Notes: generated from the letters alone by a model not told the origin. 64,000 nucleotides of DNA from Myxococcales bacterium (GCA_047601445.1 JASGJH010000001.1:64001-128000); one strand, 5' to 3'; shown: positions 46,090 to 59,599, counted from the stretch's first letter. Program-made: numbers and translations.

Positions 46090-46437
46090 ATGCAATACCG
46101 CCTCCGCACGCTGCTGACTCAATTCTCGCTGAGAGATTTGTTCTGGCTTGTACTGATGGCGTCAGTTCTTAGTTATGGCTACCGTGATCGTCGAGCGATG
46201 GAAGCTCGAATCGCGGAAATGAAAACTCAGACTGAAAATGAATCGGCAAAGCTCATGAAGGCTACGGCGGCAAGAGATTCCGAAAGGCTAATGTATAGAA
46301 AATGGAGCGATGAGGCTAAAAAAGAGTTTGCCCAATTGAATGAGTTCATAAATGAAGAAAAAGAGGATCGCAAGCAGAGACAATTAAATGATGCCAAGCT
46401 AGACCCGTCGTTCCCGGTCTATTATCCGCCGCGATAA
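46090..46437 (+). CDS. Small membrane-anchored coiled-coil protein with YRLRTLL/FSLRDL head
   Basis: CCCCATG start, TM segment, charged helical tail. Confidence 0.6.
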   Translation: MQYRLRTLLTQFSLRDLFWLVLMASVLSYGYRDRRAMEARIAEMKTQTENESAKLMKATAARDSERLMYRKWSDEAKKEFAQLNEFINEEKEDRKQRQLNDAKLDPSFPVYYPPR

Positions 46438-46450
46438 AACGAGCTACCCC

Positions 46451-46675
46451 ATGCCCCGCTACAAACTTCGCACGCTGTTGATTGTCTTGGCGATTGGGCC
46501 GCCGGCTCTTGCGATTTTTTGGTGGTTTTCTGATTCGATCTTCAGTGTTGTCGCTTTGGGCTTCTTCCTTTTATTCTTTGTGTTTTGGTACTGCAAACTT
46601 TGTGACGCACAGACACGCGATCCGAGAACACGAGGCGAAGGTGGCGACTATCCAATCTATCCCGGTCCGGTTTAG
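46451..46675 (+). CDS. Small membrane protein with MPRYKLRTLLI head
   Basis: Two hydrophobic segments; head shared with the next ORF. Confidence 0.6.
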   Translation: MPRYKLRTLLIVLAIGPPALAIFWWFSDSIFSVVALGFFLLFFVFWYCKLCDAQTRDPRTRGEGGDYPIYPGPV

Positions 46676-46680
46676 CCCCC

Positions 46681-46917
46681 ATGCCCCGCTACAAACTTCG
46701 CACACTGTTGATCTTGCTGGCCGTGGCGCCACCGTTGATTTGGATGTTACTTCTGGCATATCAAGCCTACGGGATCGTAATCGCGGTGCGTTACATCTTG
46801 GAGCCTTTGATCGTATTCCCAATGGTTGTGGGGATATGCTGGGTTTTGTTATGGGTTGTCAAAGAGTCGGTTATCAGAGCAATTAGGTTCTCTCAACGTA
46901 GGCAGCCCAAGCGTTAA
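46681..46917 (+). CDS. Small membrane protein with MPRYKLRTLLI head
   Basis: Two hydrophobic segments; head shared with the previous ORF. Confidence 0.6.
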   Translation: MPRYKLRTLLILLAVAPPLIWMLLLAYQAYGIVIAVRYILEPLIVFPMVVGICWVLLWVVKESVIRAIRFSQRRQPKR

Positions 46918-46942
46918 GCGATGCAGCAAAACGGCGAAGTTC

Positions 46943-47320
46943 TCAGGCCGAACTGCTTGGCTTTCTAATAAGCGATGTGCTGGCCCGTTCGTTTCGTTGC
47001 CCGTGCATGAAATCATAGAGTTGCCGGGCCGCGGATTCCCATTGACCGGAGCGGGCAGTGGCGATAACTCGCTTCAGCCGCTTGGATGCGGCGGAAGGCA
47101 GATCTCCGGCTGACTCATACTTCATCAGACGCTGCTCACACGCCATTAGCTTCTGCTCGTCTCGGGCGGTAACAGCTGTGAAGAGGCCATCCACGGTCTT
47201 GAAAACTTCATTGTTGGATGAGAGCTGCGGTTGCTTGCCAAAGCCATACCAAACGCGGCCCGTGATAACGACCAGCAAAAGTCCAAGAAGAGTGAGAGCG
47301 ATTTTGGTGCGAGGAGTCAT
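46943..47320 (-). CDS. Hypothetical membrane-anchored protein downstream of a DUF1559 gene
   Basis: N-terminal TM segment, helical body. Confidence 0.6.
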   Translation of the reverse strand: MTPRTKIALTLLGLLLVVITGRVWYGFGKQPQLSSNNEVFKTVDGLFTAVTARDEQKLMACEQRLMKYESAGDLPSAASKRLKRVIATARSGQWESAARQLYDFMHGQRNERASTSLIRKPSSSA

Positions 47321-47469
47321 CGAAGTAAATTTCGGGCTGGTTGTTCTGATTTAAGATGCTTGCCTGAATTGCAGTCCATTCGGAGTTTCTAATGGTTCGC
47401 TCTGGTTCCCTTAGCGACCCGCAGCTACCTCGATTGGCACGCGGCCCACTGCCATCTATCCGCTATTGC

Positions 47470-48550
47470 TTAATCGCCACTGATTGCGTCCCCGCTATCG
47501 CGGGTTGAAAGAGCGACCCAGGTGTAAGGGTTGATGAACGCACTGGCGAAACGGACGGCTGCCGTCTCCCATCAGAACGTTGCATCCTTGTGGATGATCG
47601 CCCCACATCTCGTCGGTATGACCGAAGGGGTTGTTGGGAGCGTGAATGATGACTTCGGGGTGATCGTGCGTATCGGGGCCGCTGTGAACGCCAACAAGGC
47701 AGCCAGCGCCATTGTTTTCAGAGGGCCAAGGACGAAGATCGAGACGCGGTGGCGTCACTGCATTCGGCACCACGCCAACCCAGGTTTTGTTGCTTAAAGT
47801 CGAACTGTGCTCGCCTAGAAATACAGTGTTTGAAAGGCCGTCGCTGACCGAAGCAACACGAATGCGGGAGTTGCGATAGAACGGGCCATCGATTCGCGCG
47901 GGTTGGCCGCCGTTCTCCACCACCGGTTCTGGCACGTCGTAGTCAAAACAGTAAGCGGTTGTTCGTCCCCACGGCTGATGAATACCGGCGTTGGTCACAT
48001 AGTGCGAGTGGGCAAAGCGAATCGGCGGATTGAAATCAACTCCGTGGCGCTCGTCGGCCCCTTCGCGTTGCACGTTGAAGCCGCTGTTGCCGCCTGTGGC
48101 CGAAGGGCAGAGAAACACTGAGACCTTGGCCTGAGCCGCGACCGTATTAGCGGGTGCCCAACAAGGAGCGCTAAAACTGAACTGCTCATAAAGGCCCTGC
48201 TGCTCCACAAACGGGAGCAGCAGAGCTCCCCAAGCGAACCCCGAAGGTCCGTTGCGGTACTCATCGCCATAGCTGATGCCATTGGCTGAGCCGTTCGCAG
48301 CCGGATTGGCGGTGATGTAAGCGGGCGGAAAGATCTTGTGGCTGCTCTCATAGTTGAGCAGGGCCAGGCCGAGTTGCTTCAGCTTGTTGCTGCAACTGAT
48401 TCGTCGTGACGACTCGCGGGCTTGCTGCACAGCCGGCAAAAGGAGTGAAACTAGTACGCCAATAATGGCAATCACGACGAGTAGTTCCACCAGCGTGAAA
48501 CCGGAGTGGCTACAGACTCGCCCAGACGGTCGGTTGGAAGGCGACGACAT
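47470..48550 (-). CDS. DUF1559 prepilin-type protein (frameshift near the 3' end)
   Basis: [39 protein letters not shown]. Confidence 0.93.
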
Positions 48551-49199
48551 GAGGACAGTTTTTGTTTTCCAACAATTTTGTTTTTGTTAACAGAATAGAT
48601 TATTTTGACAATTCAAAAACATTACGGACAAGGTGTCAAGTGGCCGCCTCTATAAATCCAGCTCGATCGCCAATGGGGCGTGAGCGTCAGAATCGTAGGC
48701 ACTACCCCTGCATGACGTTAACTCGCCCTGACCTCTGGGGACCTCGATACTTAACCCGAACCAATCTCCCAGGCTACAACGGGAGTCTACTCGCCCTAAG
48801 CTTGCCGAATCCCGCGTTAATATTTCAACAAAAAATCCTCTTGCAAGCGCTAATACCCAAGTTGCAAGTCATTGTTCAGATTTACGTTGTGACTTTTTCT
48901 CTATGGCCAAGCCCTAATAGTAAGGGCCGTATTAGTGCTATAACCTGGCCACTTAAAGCGCAATGATTTTCCCTTCGATCTACAGTTATTCAACTCAAAA
49001 AAGATTGCAAAACCTGGTCGCTAACCGAGTAGCAGCGCGCTTCGACGAACCAGCCACCCCTCTGAAACACCCATTGCAAAATGGGATCAAAAGTTGGCGC
49101 GAATTCCGCCTCGATTTTCAAGAATTTCCCAAATTTCCGCATTTGGGGGATGCCAGCGGCTCATTGAGTTCGGCCGCAAATGGCCAAGACGATCGCTCA

Positions 49200-50167
49200 A
49201 GTTCACGCCGCTTGTGCCGCTGTGAATATTCGGCAGCGGACGAGCGGGGCGATTTTTTGGTTGATTTGAGCGAGTGTGGCGCACCACTGCGGTTAGTTCC
49301 GCGAGCCGAATGCTGGCGTCGGTTATGCGTCGTTCATGACGTCGAGTGGCACCGATTTCCAATAGAGCCGTAGCCCGGCCGGCAAGGTCTGCGACCGAGG
49401 GGCGCACGATCAATTCGACGGCGGATGCTCAGGGCGTGAAAACCGAGGCTCAGCGCCACCCCGTTCCCCGCGGCATATCGCCAGAAGAGGCGTTCGCTCG
49501 CGCGGCCGGTTGAGAATTTGCCAACGGCAGGTTGCGGCGCTGTGCCAACCTGAATCAATCGTGCGGCGGGTTCCGCGTGGTGTGCGCGACCGAGCGAACG
49601 GATCGCTAGGGCGAGATCCGCATCGGCCAGGGAATCGCCCACATGAATATCGAAGCCGCCGAGCGCTACCAGCACTTCGCGACGGTAAAACGCGGCTTGC
49701 AGCGTAGGCCCAAGATCTTGGCTCGCAAGCGTCCCTGCGCCGGGCGAAGCGATGCGAGGATTCTTGAGAACGCGGCGATTTCCGCCGAGCGTCCACGAGA
49801 GTCCCGCGGAAATCAGTTCGCCACTATCACTCATTACCAGCGGCGAGACGGCTGCGACATCCGGATCGTTAAAGTGTTCGAGTGCGGCATCGGTCCAACG
49901 CTCGGTCGCTTCCAGACCACAGCCAACAATATGCAGCACATCGCTCGTGGCCAGATCCAGGCTGGCGTTCACCAACTCGATGAGCGAATTGCCGCTGGTC
50001 TCAATGAAGCTCACTTCGTCGGCCAGGTTGTAAGGATCGTCGTACGGCTCGGTATGCACGACGAGCACTTCGCAATCGGCCGGTCGGTGCTGCAACACGG
50101 AAACGAGCGCACCGTCGAATTCGGCAGTGCCGCCCACGCACGGAATCACGATCGAAAGCCGAGGCAC
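49200..50167 (-). CDS. Glycosyltransferase family 2-like protein (3' end approximate)
   Basis: RLSIVIP, EVLVV, AFYRREVLVALGGFD, DADLAL. Confidence 0.75.
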
Positions 50168-50506
50168 TGGACATTCCTTTGTCAAACGGCGAGTCAGCAG
50201 TGTGAGCAGTTGGATGCCTGCGCGACTGCAGCCGAAAGCTGCCGTCTCGACTATCTTCGGCGGCAACTGGCGGGGCGGATTACGCAATTTGCCGCGTACA
50301 CGGCACAGCATGCATCACCGGAGAGATGAAAACTTCAAGTGCTAAGCACTCGCCACTAAAGGTCCGTCAGCTATGTACTTATCTATGGTTTGTGCAATCG
50401 GCGCGAGATCGGTGATCGTGAGTGGTTTCCTATTAATAATGCGTGTTAATTCTTACCGGCCGGATGGCACGATAAAGCCATTCGCATCAATGTAGAAATC
50501 CGACCA

Positions 50507-51419
50507 CTAAACCACCTGCACCCCCTCGGTCCGCGTGCGTTCGCTGAAGAGTTCGCTCAGCCGATTCGTGAACGGACTGCGCTCGCCGTTGCCGATCGTG
50601 CGGCCATCGACTTTGGTTACAGCAGCTAGTTCTCCCATCGTGCCCGTGCAGAACATCTCATCCGCCCGATAGACCTCAGTGAGCGAGAGATCGCGCTCGG
50701 CACACAGAATGTTTTCTTTCTGGCAGATTTCTAACACGACGGTCCGTGTGATCCCCTCCGGGCAGGCCACCGTGCGCGGGGTCGCCAGCTTGCCACGGCT
50801 GACGATAAAAATATGCGTGGCGTTTGTCTCGGCAACGAAGCCCCGCGTGTCGAGCATGAGAGCGTCGTCAGCTCCGGCGACATTCGCTTCGATCTTGGCC
50901 AGGATCGATTGAATCAGATTGTTGTGGTGAATTTTGGGGTCGAGGCAATCGGGCGGAAAGCGGCTGCACGCTGCTGGTGACGAGCGACAGACCGGCTTTG
51001 TCATAGACCGGCGGCTTATGTTCGGCCAGTACGATTAGCGTTGGTCCAGCTTGATTCAGCCGCGGGTCCATGCCGCTGGTGATTTTTACACCGCGCGTTA
51101 GCGTCAGACGAATGTGCACGCCATCGATCATTTGGTTCGCTTTGAGCGTGCGGCTGATTTGCTCGATGATTTCGGCGTGCGATGGAATCTGAGTAAACGC
51201 CAGGGCCAACGCAGAGCTACGCAACCGATCGAGATGCTCGTTCAGCCGAAAGATGCGGCCGCTATACAGCCGCAGTCCTTCCCACACGGCGTCGCCCCCC
51301 TGCACGACCGAATCAAACGGGCTGATCCCCGCTTCATCGCGATGGACGAGCCGGCCGTTGATGTTGACGATCAGGTTGCGATTTGTTCGTGGAATTTTTG
51401 GAGCATTGTTGGCAATCAT
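50507..51419 (-). CDS. Aminotransferase class IV, branched-chain type (frameshift near 50975)
   Basis: GDAVWEGLR, HLDRL, KIHHNN, GFVAE, EGITR, ADEMFCTGT. Confidence 0.92.
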
Positions 51420-51496
51420 AATTCGTAGGGTGCATAAGCGGAGCGCAATGCACCGATCAGGTTAGGTGCATTGCGCGAGCGCTGATGCACCCTACG

Positions 51497-52236
51497 TTAT
51501 CGCAGCCTATGTTCGTAGAGTGCTTCGTAGTGCGGCAGGCATTCGGCGGCGAGTGCTTCCAGTCGCGGTGGCAAATCAATCTGCTTGGGTTGATACGGCC
51601 GAAAGCCCGTCGATTTCTCGACTTCGCCGTACCAGTGTTTGGCCCAAACGCCGTCGGTCGAACGTGGTCCTGGCGGCCAGGAGAGCATCGACTCTGGAAA
51701 ATCGATCCCAGCGCATCGCACAGCAGGCCGAGACAGTCGCCGCGGATTGCGCAGCACGTCGGCCGAGTCGAGCACCGGCGGCACGTGCCCGGTCTGCTGG
51801 CGGAAGTAGTTGAAAATTTCGCTCTGCTGCGGAAAGCCGGTGTCTTCCAGCGTCGGTGTTTCGACAATCTTCGTGTACGACGCCAAGACTTGGCGTGGAT
51901 GCCGAATCAAAAAGCAATTCGTGAGCTGATCCAGCCACGCTCGATCCATCTGCGGCAGCAGATGGTGGGTCATATGCTTTTGGTAGAAGACCGGCTTGCC
52001 GTCTGTGCTTCCTTCCGTCAACTTCCGAGCGACCTTCCGCCAATCGGCCTCACCAGCCGCGATCACTTCGTCTGCGCCCCGGGATGCTCCTTTTGCGTCA
52101 CTGCTAAATAGTGGGGATACAACGGCTCATCCACCACCAGGCAATCATCCCGATTGCCCCACGACCGCATCATGGCTGTCGAGATATTCCTCGGCCCCGA
52201 CCACATGGCGATACGCAGGGGAAACGGTGAGGTCAT
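51497..52236 (-). CDS. Sulfotransferase-like P-loop protein paired with the aminotransferase (frameshifted)
   Basis: RIAMWSGPRNISTAMMRSW, QKHMTHH, FLIRHP, WAKHWY..V.KSTGF. Confidence 0.8.
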
Positions 52237-52824
52237 CGGTGAGATACCCTAAGCAGCAAGCACCAAGCTTCAAATTCCAAACAGACTCAAATTACCAATT
52301 TCAAAATGAACAAAACTTGCCCATCCAATCCGCGATGACTGGTTGGCTTGCCCTGCTGTGTTGGCTGTTATGCACGGATAAACACTTTTTTTGGCCGCGA
52401 ATTCACTCTGGTTTTTCAACGCAAGGCATTTACGGCCAATAGTTTGCGTCAAACGCACCGACGGGCAGCGTTATGCAAATTATGCACGCCATGCATAACC
52501 GCTTTACCGAAATAATTTTTGACGCCGCACCCAGCCGGAGCTGGCGCGATTGCCAGAACCTCCCACCTATTTGCCCTCAAACAGCCGACACGCTTCGCTA
52601 CTGAACAGATGATCCAGTAACCGTGGTTATTGTTCCCGACGGAGAAGATTTTTGCAACTCATTTCGGAAATTGCCAGCCGCCCGATGGTGAAAGCACTGC
52701 CCTGTTTACTGGGGCACGGGGAGTACGATTGGCGTCAGTCATCAGGTCACACCGCCATCGAATCAACGCTGTTCTCTGGAATGGATGTTTGTTGCCATCC
52801 ATTCCATGGTAAAATTGATATTCC

Positions 52825-53387
52825 ATGAGCACCGGCCTAAAAATCAGCTTTGACGAATACTCTCGCTTGGTCGAGCGTGGTCTTCTGGACGAATTGCGCG
52901 ATCGCCGCATCGAACTTATTCATGGGAAGTGGCCGAAATGCCTGCGCCTGGTCCCAGCCACGCCGAACTCGTCGATCGTCTTACCGAATGGAGCCTGGAC
53001 CAAGCCCCGCGCGACTAGGTTCGTGTCCGCACGCAGAACCCGATCGGCATTCCTCGCCTGCAGAGGTGCCACTGACCAGACATCGCCTGGGTCCATCGCG
53101 GCGATTACTCCCGCCGCCATCCGCTCCCTCAAGAAACACTGCTGCTCATCGAAGTTTCCGACAGCAGCCTCGCCTTCGACCTCGGCGAGAAGGCCGCACT
53201 CTACGCAGAGGCCGGCATCCGCGAATACTGGGTCGTCGATGTTCAGGATGAGTCCCTCATCGTCCATCGCAATCCATCCGGACAAGAATACCGAGCGATC
53301 AGCACTCAGCGTCCACCCGACGAAATCCACCCCGACGCATTTCCTTTGATTTCGCTTTCCCTGGCGAGGCTGTTTGCCAGGGAATAA
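52825..53387 (+). CDS. Uma2/DUF820-family endonuclease (frameshifted)
   Basis: IELIHG; LLIEVSDSSLAFDLGEKAALYAEAGIREYWVVD in a shifted frame. Confidence 0.85.
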
Positions 53388-53481
53388 CGCTTGAAAAAGA
53401 AACTGGCATTTGCAAAGACGCCTGTGGGAATCCTGGATGCCTGCGATTGCTCTCAGTTTGCTGAGGCACGACGAGTGCGCC

Positions 53482-54747
53482 TTAAGCCCAGCCGGCCCGT
53501 CCGAACGTACCAGGTAATTCCCATGCAACGATTATTAGCATGTTTGCGATAATGAGCATCCTGCGACTAATTGGCCCCTCAACCGCATACCTGATTGTGG
53601 CGTCAATATCCTTCGGATTCGCAGGCACCGTGTAGTGGACGAGGCCATACTCTCGTTGATTGGCAGTCGGAAGCCGGTCATCCCCCACCAGAGTTCCAGG
53701 CGTAAGTTTTTGGGAACAAAATCTTCATCAGGCGTATGTGTCAACTCGCAAGAGAGAAGCGAGTAATGGCTCTCCAGCAGCGCCTGATCGGAGGGTGGCG
53801 AAGGGCCAAACCACCATTGGTGATGCTTTACGACTATTTTGAATGGAAGGTAAACACCGCTGGTTTGTGAAACCAGCCGATGGTCACTGGCCGTGCTCGA
53901 CGAAACCAGATTGCCTTCTTTGTCAAACTCTTCTTGTCGTCGAATTGCAAAATTCAACGCCGGATCGAGATAGAACACATGCTTTACTATCCAACGAAGA
54001 GACCGTAATCGTGTGGCAACTTGCGTCATCAACACTCCCCATACCGTGAGTGGCTTTTGCTCCGGGCTGCGAAACTCGATTAAGAACGAGCGACTCGATT
54101 CGTGGCTGCGCATATTCAAACTCATTGGTAGGTACGCGGATTCCTGCTTCCTGCCAATAATTATGGCGCCAATTAGGAGCACAATGCCCTTTCACATAAA
54201 AGTCCTGCTCCTTAGCATTTTTTATCGCATGCTCCAAGCTGTACACGAGAAGATCATCTGGCCTGTCATCGCTGTGGCGATCGTAAGTAAATAGGTGTGT
54301 TCCATTGTACGATTTCAACTGTTCGAGCAGGCTATATCCAGTGATCTGAAATTTGATCTTCGAAGCCGCGGCAATGTCAACCTTCCCCTCAGCATCCAAA
54401 ATGGGTTTAACGTTTTTATCTTCCGGTTCAATCGCAGCCAGCAAAAAACCGAGCCGAACATAGCTCTTATCGCCGTCAATTGCGAACGATGCCGTCTCCT
54501 CTTTGAAGAATGAAGTGTCGTCGGGAAGCATTGGAAAATGAATAATAGCATGGAGGCGTTGCGAATCCATCAAAGGAACTCGTTGCAGCTTCCACTGTGC
54601 CTTACATGGGTCGAGTGCTGCCGCATTGGAAGCGGAGTGCCGCCACAACAGATTCTGGAACCTGCGCGACTCCCGGTGTTGCCAGCAGAGCATGTATGAA
54701 GAGCAAAGTGGCCAACGAAAAACAACGACGAACTGCAAAGAATGCGT
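53482..54747 (-). CDS. Hypothetical exported protein (frameshifted)
   Basis: Overlapping minus-strand ORFs 53923-54738, 53535-54182 and 53482-53688; N-terminal signal-like and C-terminal TM segments. Confidence 0.45.
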
Positions 54748-54818
54748 TGTTGCCTGTCGTTGCGTTCACGATTCGTTCCTTTTGCCAAAAAAGAGGAAGA
54801 GGACGTCAAACGTGAGAG

Positions 54819-57133
54819 CTACCGGTCCTGATAAACCCGCGTGCTTTCCTCGCGGGTGACCGGCGTTTGCCATTCGTCACAGGAGACTTGGACGCGGACG
54901 ATTTGGTCGCCGGGTTGGCGGCCTTGGGCTTGGACCTTATAGATCACTTCCTCTTGCGGATTCAGCCGGGCGAGCGGCTCGAAGACAATTTGTGTGGCAT
55001 CGCCGGCGGCGCGGGTGGGGCCTTCGCCGTTCACCGCAGCCATGCCGGGGGGCATGAGCGAGGCGACGCGGACGTTGGTGGCGGCCTTCGTTCCTTTGTT
55101 CATCACGCGAATTTCAGTACGTCGTTTCGCTGCCAACTTCGATCACTTCGTCGAGGTCTTTCACCGTGTGAACCAACTCGGCTGCTTGTTCGACGTGGAC
55201 GACTTGCTCGTCCTTCGCAGAGAGTCCCAACCCGCCGCGCCCTTCGATCCGCAGCGGCTGATCTCCCCGGCTCGACCGGAACCATCGTCAACTTCACCGC
55301 CCCTTTCGTGCCCGGCGGCAATTCGGCCAGGCTCCAGTAGGCAGCGTGCGTGGACGGATCGTATTGCCCTTGCGAATCGGTCGAAGCGAAACGCATTCCC
55401 CGCGGCAGAAACGCGGCGAGTTCTACATCGCGTGCCGCGGCTGTGCCGGGATTGGTGATTTGCAGCGTGTAGGTGGCCGGGCGTTCGAGGAACCGCACCT
55501 TCGGCCCTTCAACAGCCACCTGCAACTGCGGCGCGACCACTTCGATTTGCACGGCATGCTTTGAGGCCAGGTTCGCATCACCGCGAACATTGATCACATT
55601 TTGCACGATGCCTTGCTTCTCTGCCCGGAGCGAAAGCTCCAACCGCTTCGATTCACCCGGACGGAGCGTGCCCACTTCGTATTCGAGTTGCGAGCCGGAA
55701 ACATGCGTCAACCCCGCCGGCACGTCTTCTTCAATGATCACTCCGGTAGCGGGGCCGGTGCCGGGGTTCGACACAGTGATGCCCACGGTAAACGATTCAC
55801 CGATCAATACTTTGGGCGGAGCCGAATGCTCGATCGTCAGTTGCGGCCGCGTGCAGATCGAACGGCTGGTCGCCGCCGCGGCGAAGGTCACGTGAGCCGT
55901 GCTGCCAATTTCTCCTTCGGTGTGCGGCATCACTTGCAGTGTGATTTGCGTTTCATCCCCCGGCTGCATTGTTCCCAGGTTCCAGACCAGCGAGCCATCG
56001 GCCGCTTGCTGCGGCTGTGGGCGGGCATCGACCAACTGCGTCCCCGCCGGCACATGATCGGTCACCACCACGTTCGTCGCTGGCACTTGCCCCGCGTTGC
56101 GAACGTACAAGTCAAACGTTGCCGGCTTGCCGACCTGAATTTCCGAAGGGGGAAGCCTTTTCGAGTGCGATGGAGGGCTGCTGTGGTCCTTCCAAATGCC
56201 GTTCGCCTGGAGTGGGGGCGGCGAGGCGATTTCCTGAGAGAGCAGCCGATGGCAGGCTCGTGCTGAGCGAAGCATTGATCGCACTGCCAGCCGCGGAACC
56301 AACAGCCGCACTGCCAACTCCCAATGACCGCATTCCCGGCGAAGCTGCCGCATAGGGGTTGCTGCCGGTTTCACTGGTTGGCAAGGTATTGGGCGGAAGC
56401 GCGGTAGCGGGGGGCGATAGACTCGTGTCGTTGGTCGAAAGTTGAGCCGGCGGCGAACCATAACCACCGGCGGTGCCGTAGCGATTGGCATACGGGTTCG
56501 GCGTGTCGTTGGTCTGGTGCTAATTCATTGGCACTGGGCGTCGTCGTTGTCGGCGGCGACTTATTGCTGCCGTATCCGCCGGGCGAGTTGCTGGCAGCCG
56601 CGTATGGCGATTGGCTTAGCGGCGCATACGCCGGAGAAGTTGCTGGAGCACTGTTGGTTTCTGGTTGAGGGGCACTTTCGCGATAGATATTTGGCGGCAC
56701 GGAATCGTTGCCAGTGGCGGCGGAAGTTGGATCGCTGGGCACGCCAGCATTCTGCGAAGCTGCTCCATAGCCACCATATTGCGAGCCGCCGGAGCCATAA
56801 GCTGAGTTCCTGCCGCTCGCTTGGCCATAGCCACCGGCCGGATCGTTACCACTGGGCAAAGTAAGGATTTGTTTGCGGTTGGGTTGCCGGCGCGTTGCCA
56901 CTGGCCTGGTATTGAGCAAATTGATAGTTGCCGTTTGTCGGCTGCGGAAGCTGATCGTCACTCAGCGTTGCTCCGATCGGTTGAACCGTGCCCCCTCCGG
57001 TCGCGTCAACGCCGGTGGAAACTTGCTGTGTCGGACCAGCAGGCGCTGGCGAGCTGAAATAGCCCACTCCCTGCCAAATGCCGACGCCGCCGACCAAGGT
57101 CGTTAACGACCCCACGGCGATTTTCATGTTCAC
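54819..57133 (-). CDS. DUF11-repeat protein with low-complexity N-terminus (frameshifted)
   Basis: Repeated V.N.G...A.NV...D.VP.G motifs, LVWNLGTMQPG. Confidence 0.85.
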
Positions 57134-57327
57134 TCGCTTGATCGCGAGTTTAGTGGCTTCAATGAGTCTGGCGCATCGGATCGCGTCCCTGCGGCTAAAG
57201 GCCGATAAATTGCGGAGATTCGCGGCGAGTGAATACCAAACCGCGTCAGCAGCGCAAAGGGCAATGGCACTAGCAGCGTGTTACAGCAGGCTGCTAATTA
57301 CCAACTCAGAATCGAACGCCCCGACGA

Positions 57328-58629
57328 TTACCCCCGCCGCGCCGGCCGTTTGTTGACGGTCATGCTGACATCGGCGACCTTGCCAGTCTCTTCGAGAGCG
57401 ACGTGGAATCGTTGCTCCCCTTCAAGCCGATGGACCGTCATGTGGTAGGCCTTGGCAACTCGCGCCAGATAGGGGCGTTCTTCGGGCGATTTTGGTGCTC
57501 GGATCTTGCCCCACGAACCGTCGCCCAGATAGACCACGCCGTATTTGTCGATATGGCCCCCCTTGAGTGGATGGGTACGCTTGAAGGTGTGATCGTGATG
57601 CTCGAGCACGGCATCGACATTGAACTTCTCAAAGAGTGTGCCTAGAACTGCCGTTGCTCGTAGCCAGTCCCCCCTTCGCCGACTTTATTATCCGTGCGCG
57701 GTATGACGGATACGCCGGCACATGGTTAGCCACAATCAAGTGCGGTCGGTCTTGCCGCTCGGCCAAGGTCTTGGCTAGCCAAGCCGTTTGCTCACCAGCA
57801 ATCGGCGCGATGTGTCCGGTATCAAGCAGCACCAAGCTCAGATAATCGCCAAAGTCGAGAACGTCGTAAGTCTTCTCGCGAAACAGGCCGTCAAACACGC
57901 TCAGGTACGACGGCGATTTTTCGCGGGTTCCTTTGTAGCCGCCATCGACTTCGTGATTGCCGATGCACGAGATCAGGGGAATCAAGCGTCCCTGCGGATC
58001 AACCATGTGCTCGCGGTAGTTTTGCAGGAACTTGAGAAACGTCTGCGTGCGCGGTGCCGTTGTCGTAGGCCAGGTCACCTGCCGATCAGCGCAAACTGTG
58101 GCTCTTGCTTGGCCGCGATGATGTTCGTGCTGATCGCGTGGGCATCAACACCGCTGTCGCCTCCCGAAACCCACTGGATCGTGTCGTTCGCCTTGGCCGG
58201 CATCGTGCGGAAACGATAGTTCGTTTCGTTCTTGCCGACTTGGAATTGATATTCAGTATCGGGGATCAATCCCGTCAATTCGCAACGATGGACTTTCAGC
58301 TCTGTCTTCGGAAACGGCTTGGCAACTGTCTTGGCTTCTCGCGCTATTCCTTGCCGCTGACCGGCGGCGACCCGAATTGTCGTGCCCGCGGCCTCGGGAC
58401 CAACCCACTGCACCGTCATCGTCGTCGTCGGATCCTTCTGCCACGTCAAGAACAAGGACGCCAGCGGATCCTTGCTCACCGCGGGCTGTTTCGTCTCTTT
58501 CTCTGGGTTGGCTTCTTTATCCGTATCCTTTTCCTTTTTCTCCTGCGCCAGCAGCGAATGGCTGAACGACAAAGCCGCCATACTGCCCAACGAGGAACCA
58601 AGAAACGAACGACGATCGAAGGAGGGCAT
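57328..58629 (-). CDS. Tat-exported metallophosphoesterase, purple acid phosphatase-like (frameshifted)
   Basis: DRRSFLG Tat motif, Fn3-like LTGLIPDTEYQF, GDS, GNHE, HVPAYP, EHHDH, YLGDG. Confidence 0.85.
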
Positions 58630-59008
58630 GGCAGAACCTTGTTTTAGGTAGGAAAGAAAGGCGGGTAGCCACTACGATACACTGCGGCTTGGCAAACTGC
58701 ACCAGCGGCCCACCGATTCTCACGAAATTGAAAAAGGCTGAACCCATTGTTCGAGATGAAGCGTGCGCTAATTTTTGAACAAAAAGCATCACGATCCAAT
58801 TCGGCAGATTCGCGAAAAATCCCCTGCAACTTCTCTTCCGAAACTTAACGGCCAAGGCAATCGCAGCAAACACGCGAAGGGTTGACCGACGAACGACGAA
58901 TGCAGAGGAGGCCTGACCGATCGCGGTCGAAACAAAGCTGCCGCATTCCTTTCTGTGAGAGTATTTCCAGTTCGATGTGATTTTTTTGCCCAATCGTGAT
59001 GTAGATCC

Positions 59009-59595
59009 ATGAGACATTGCTTTTGTCTGCCGCTGCTGATGTTGATCTCGAGCCTCGTGACACAACTTCGTGCCGCGGATGATTTGCCGGGATTGATGGG
59101 GGCCAGGCGAATTGTGTTTTTGGGTGACAGCATCACGTATGGCGGTCAATACATTGAAATCATTGATGCTTATCTGGCGGCAAGATTTCCCGATCAGCCG
59201 CATGAGGTGATTGACCTGGGGCTGCCAAGTGAGACGGTTTCTGGTTTGTCGGAACCCGGACATGCCGGTGGCAAGTTTCCGCGGCCGGATGTGCATGAAC
59301 GACTTGTGCGTGTGCTGCAAAAAACCAAACCCGATCTGGTCGTGGCTTGTTATGGTATGAACTGTGGCATTTACCATCCCTTTAGCCCAGAGCGTTTCGA
59401 AAAGTTTCAAAGCGGCATCACTCGTCTGCATACTGAGGTGGAAAAAGCAGGAGCGAAAATTGTGCATGTGACACCGCCAACGTTTGATCCGCAGCCGATC
59501 AAAAGCCGCACGCTGCCAGCGGGGCTTCCCGAGTATCAACAACCATACGAAGGCTACAACGAAGTGCTCGACCGCTACTCAGCCTGGCTGCTTTC
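59009..59595 (+). CDS. SGNH/GDSL hydrolase, C-terminally truncated at a junction
   Basis: FLGDSIT, GLPSET, CYGMN blocks; the DxxH block is missing. Confidence 0.85.
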
Positions 59596-59599
59596 GCAT

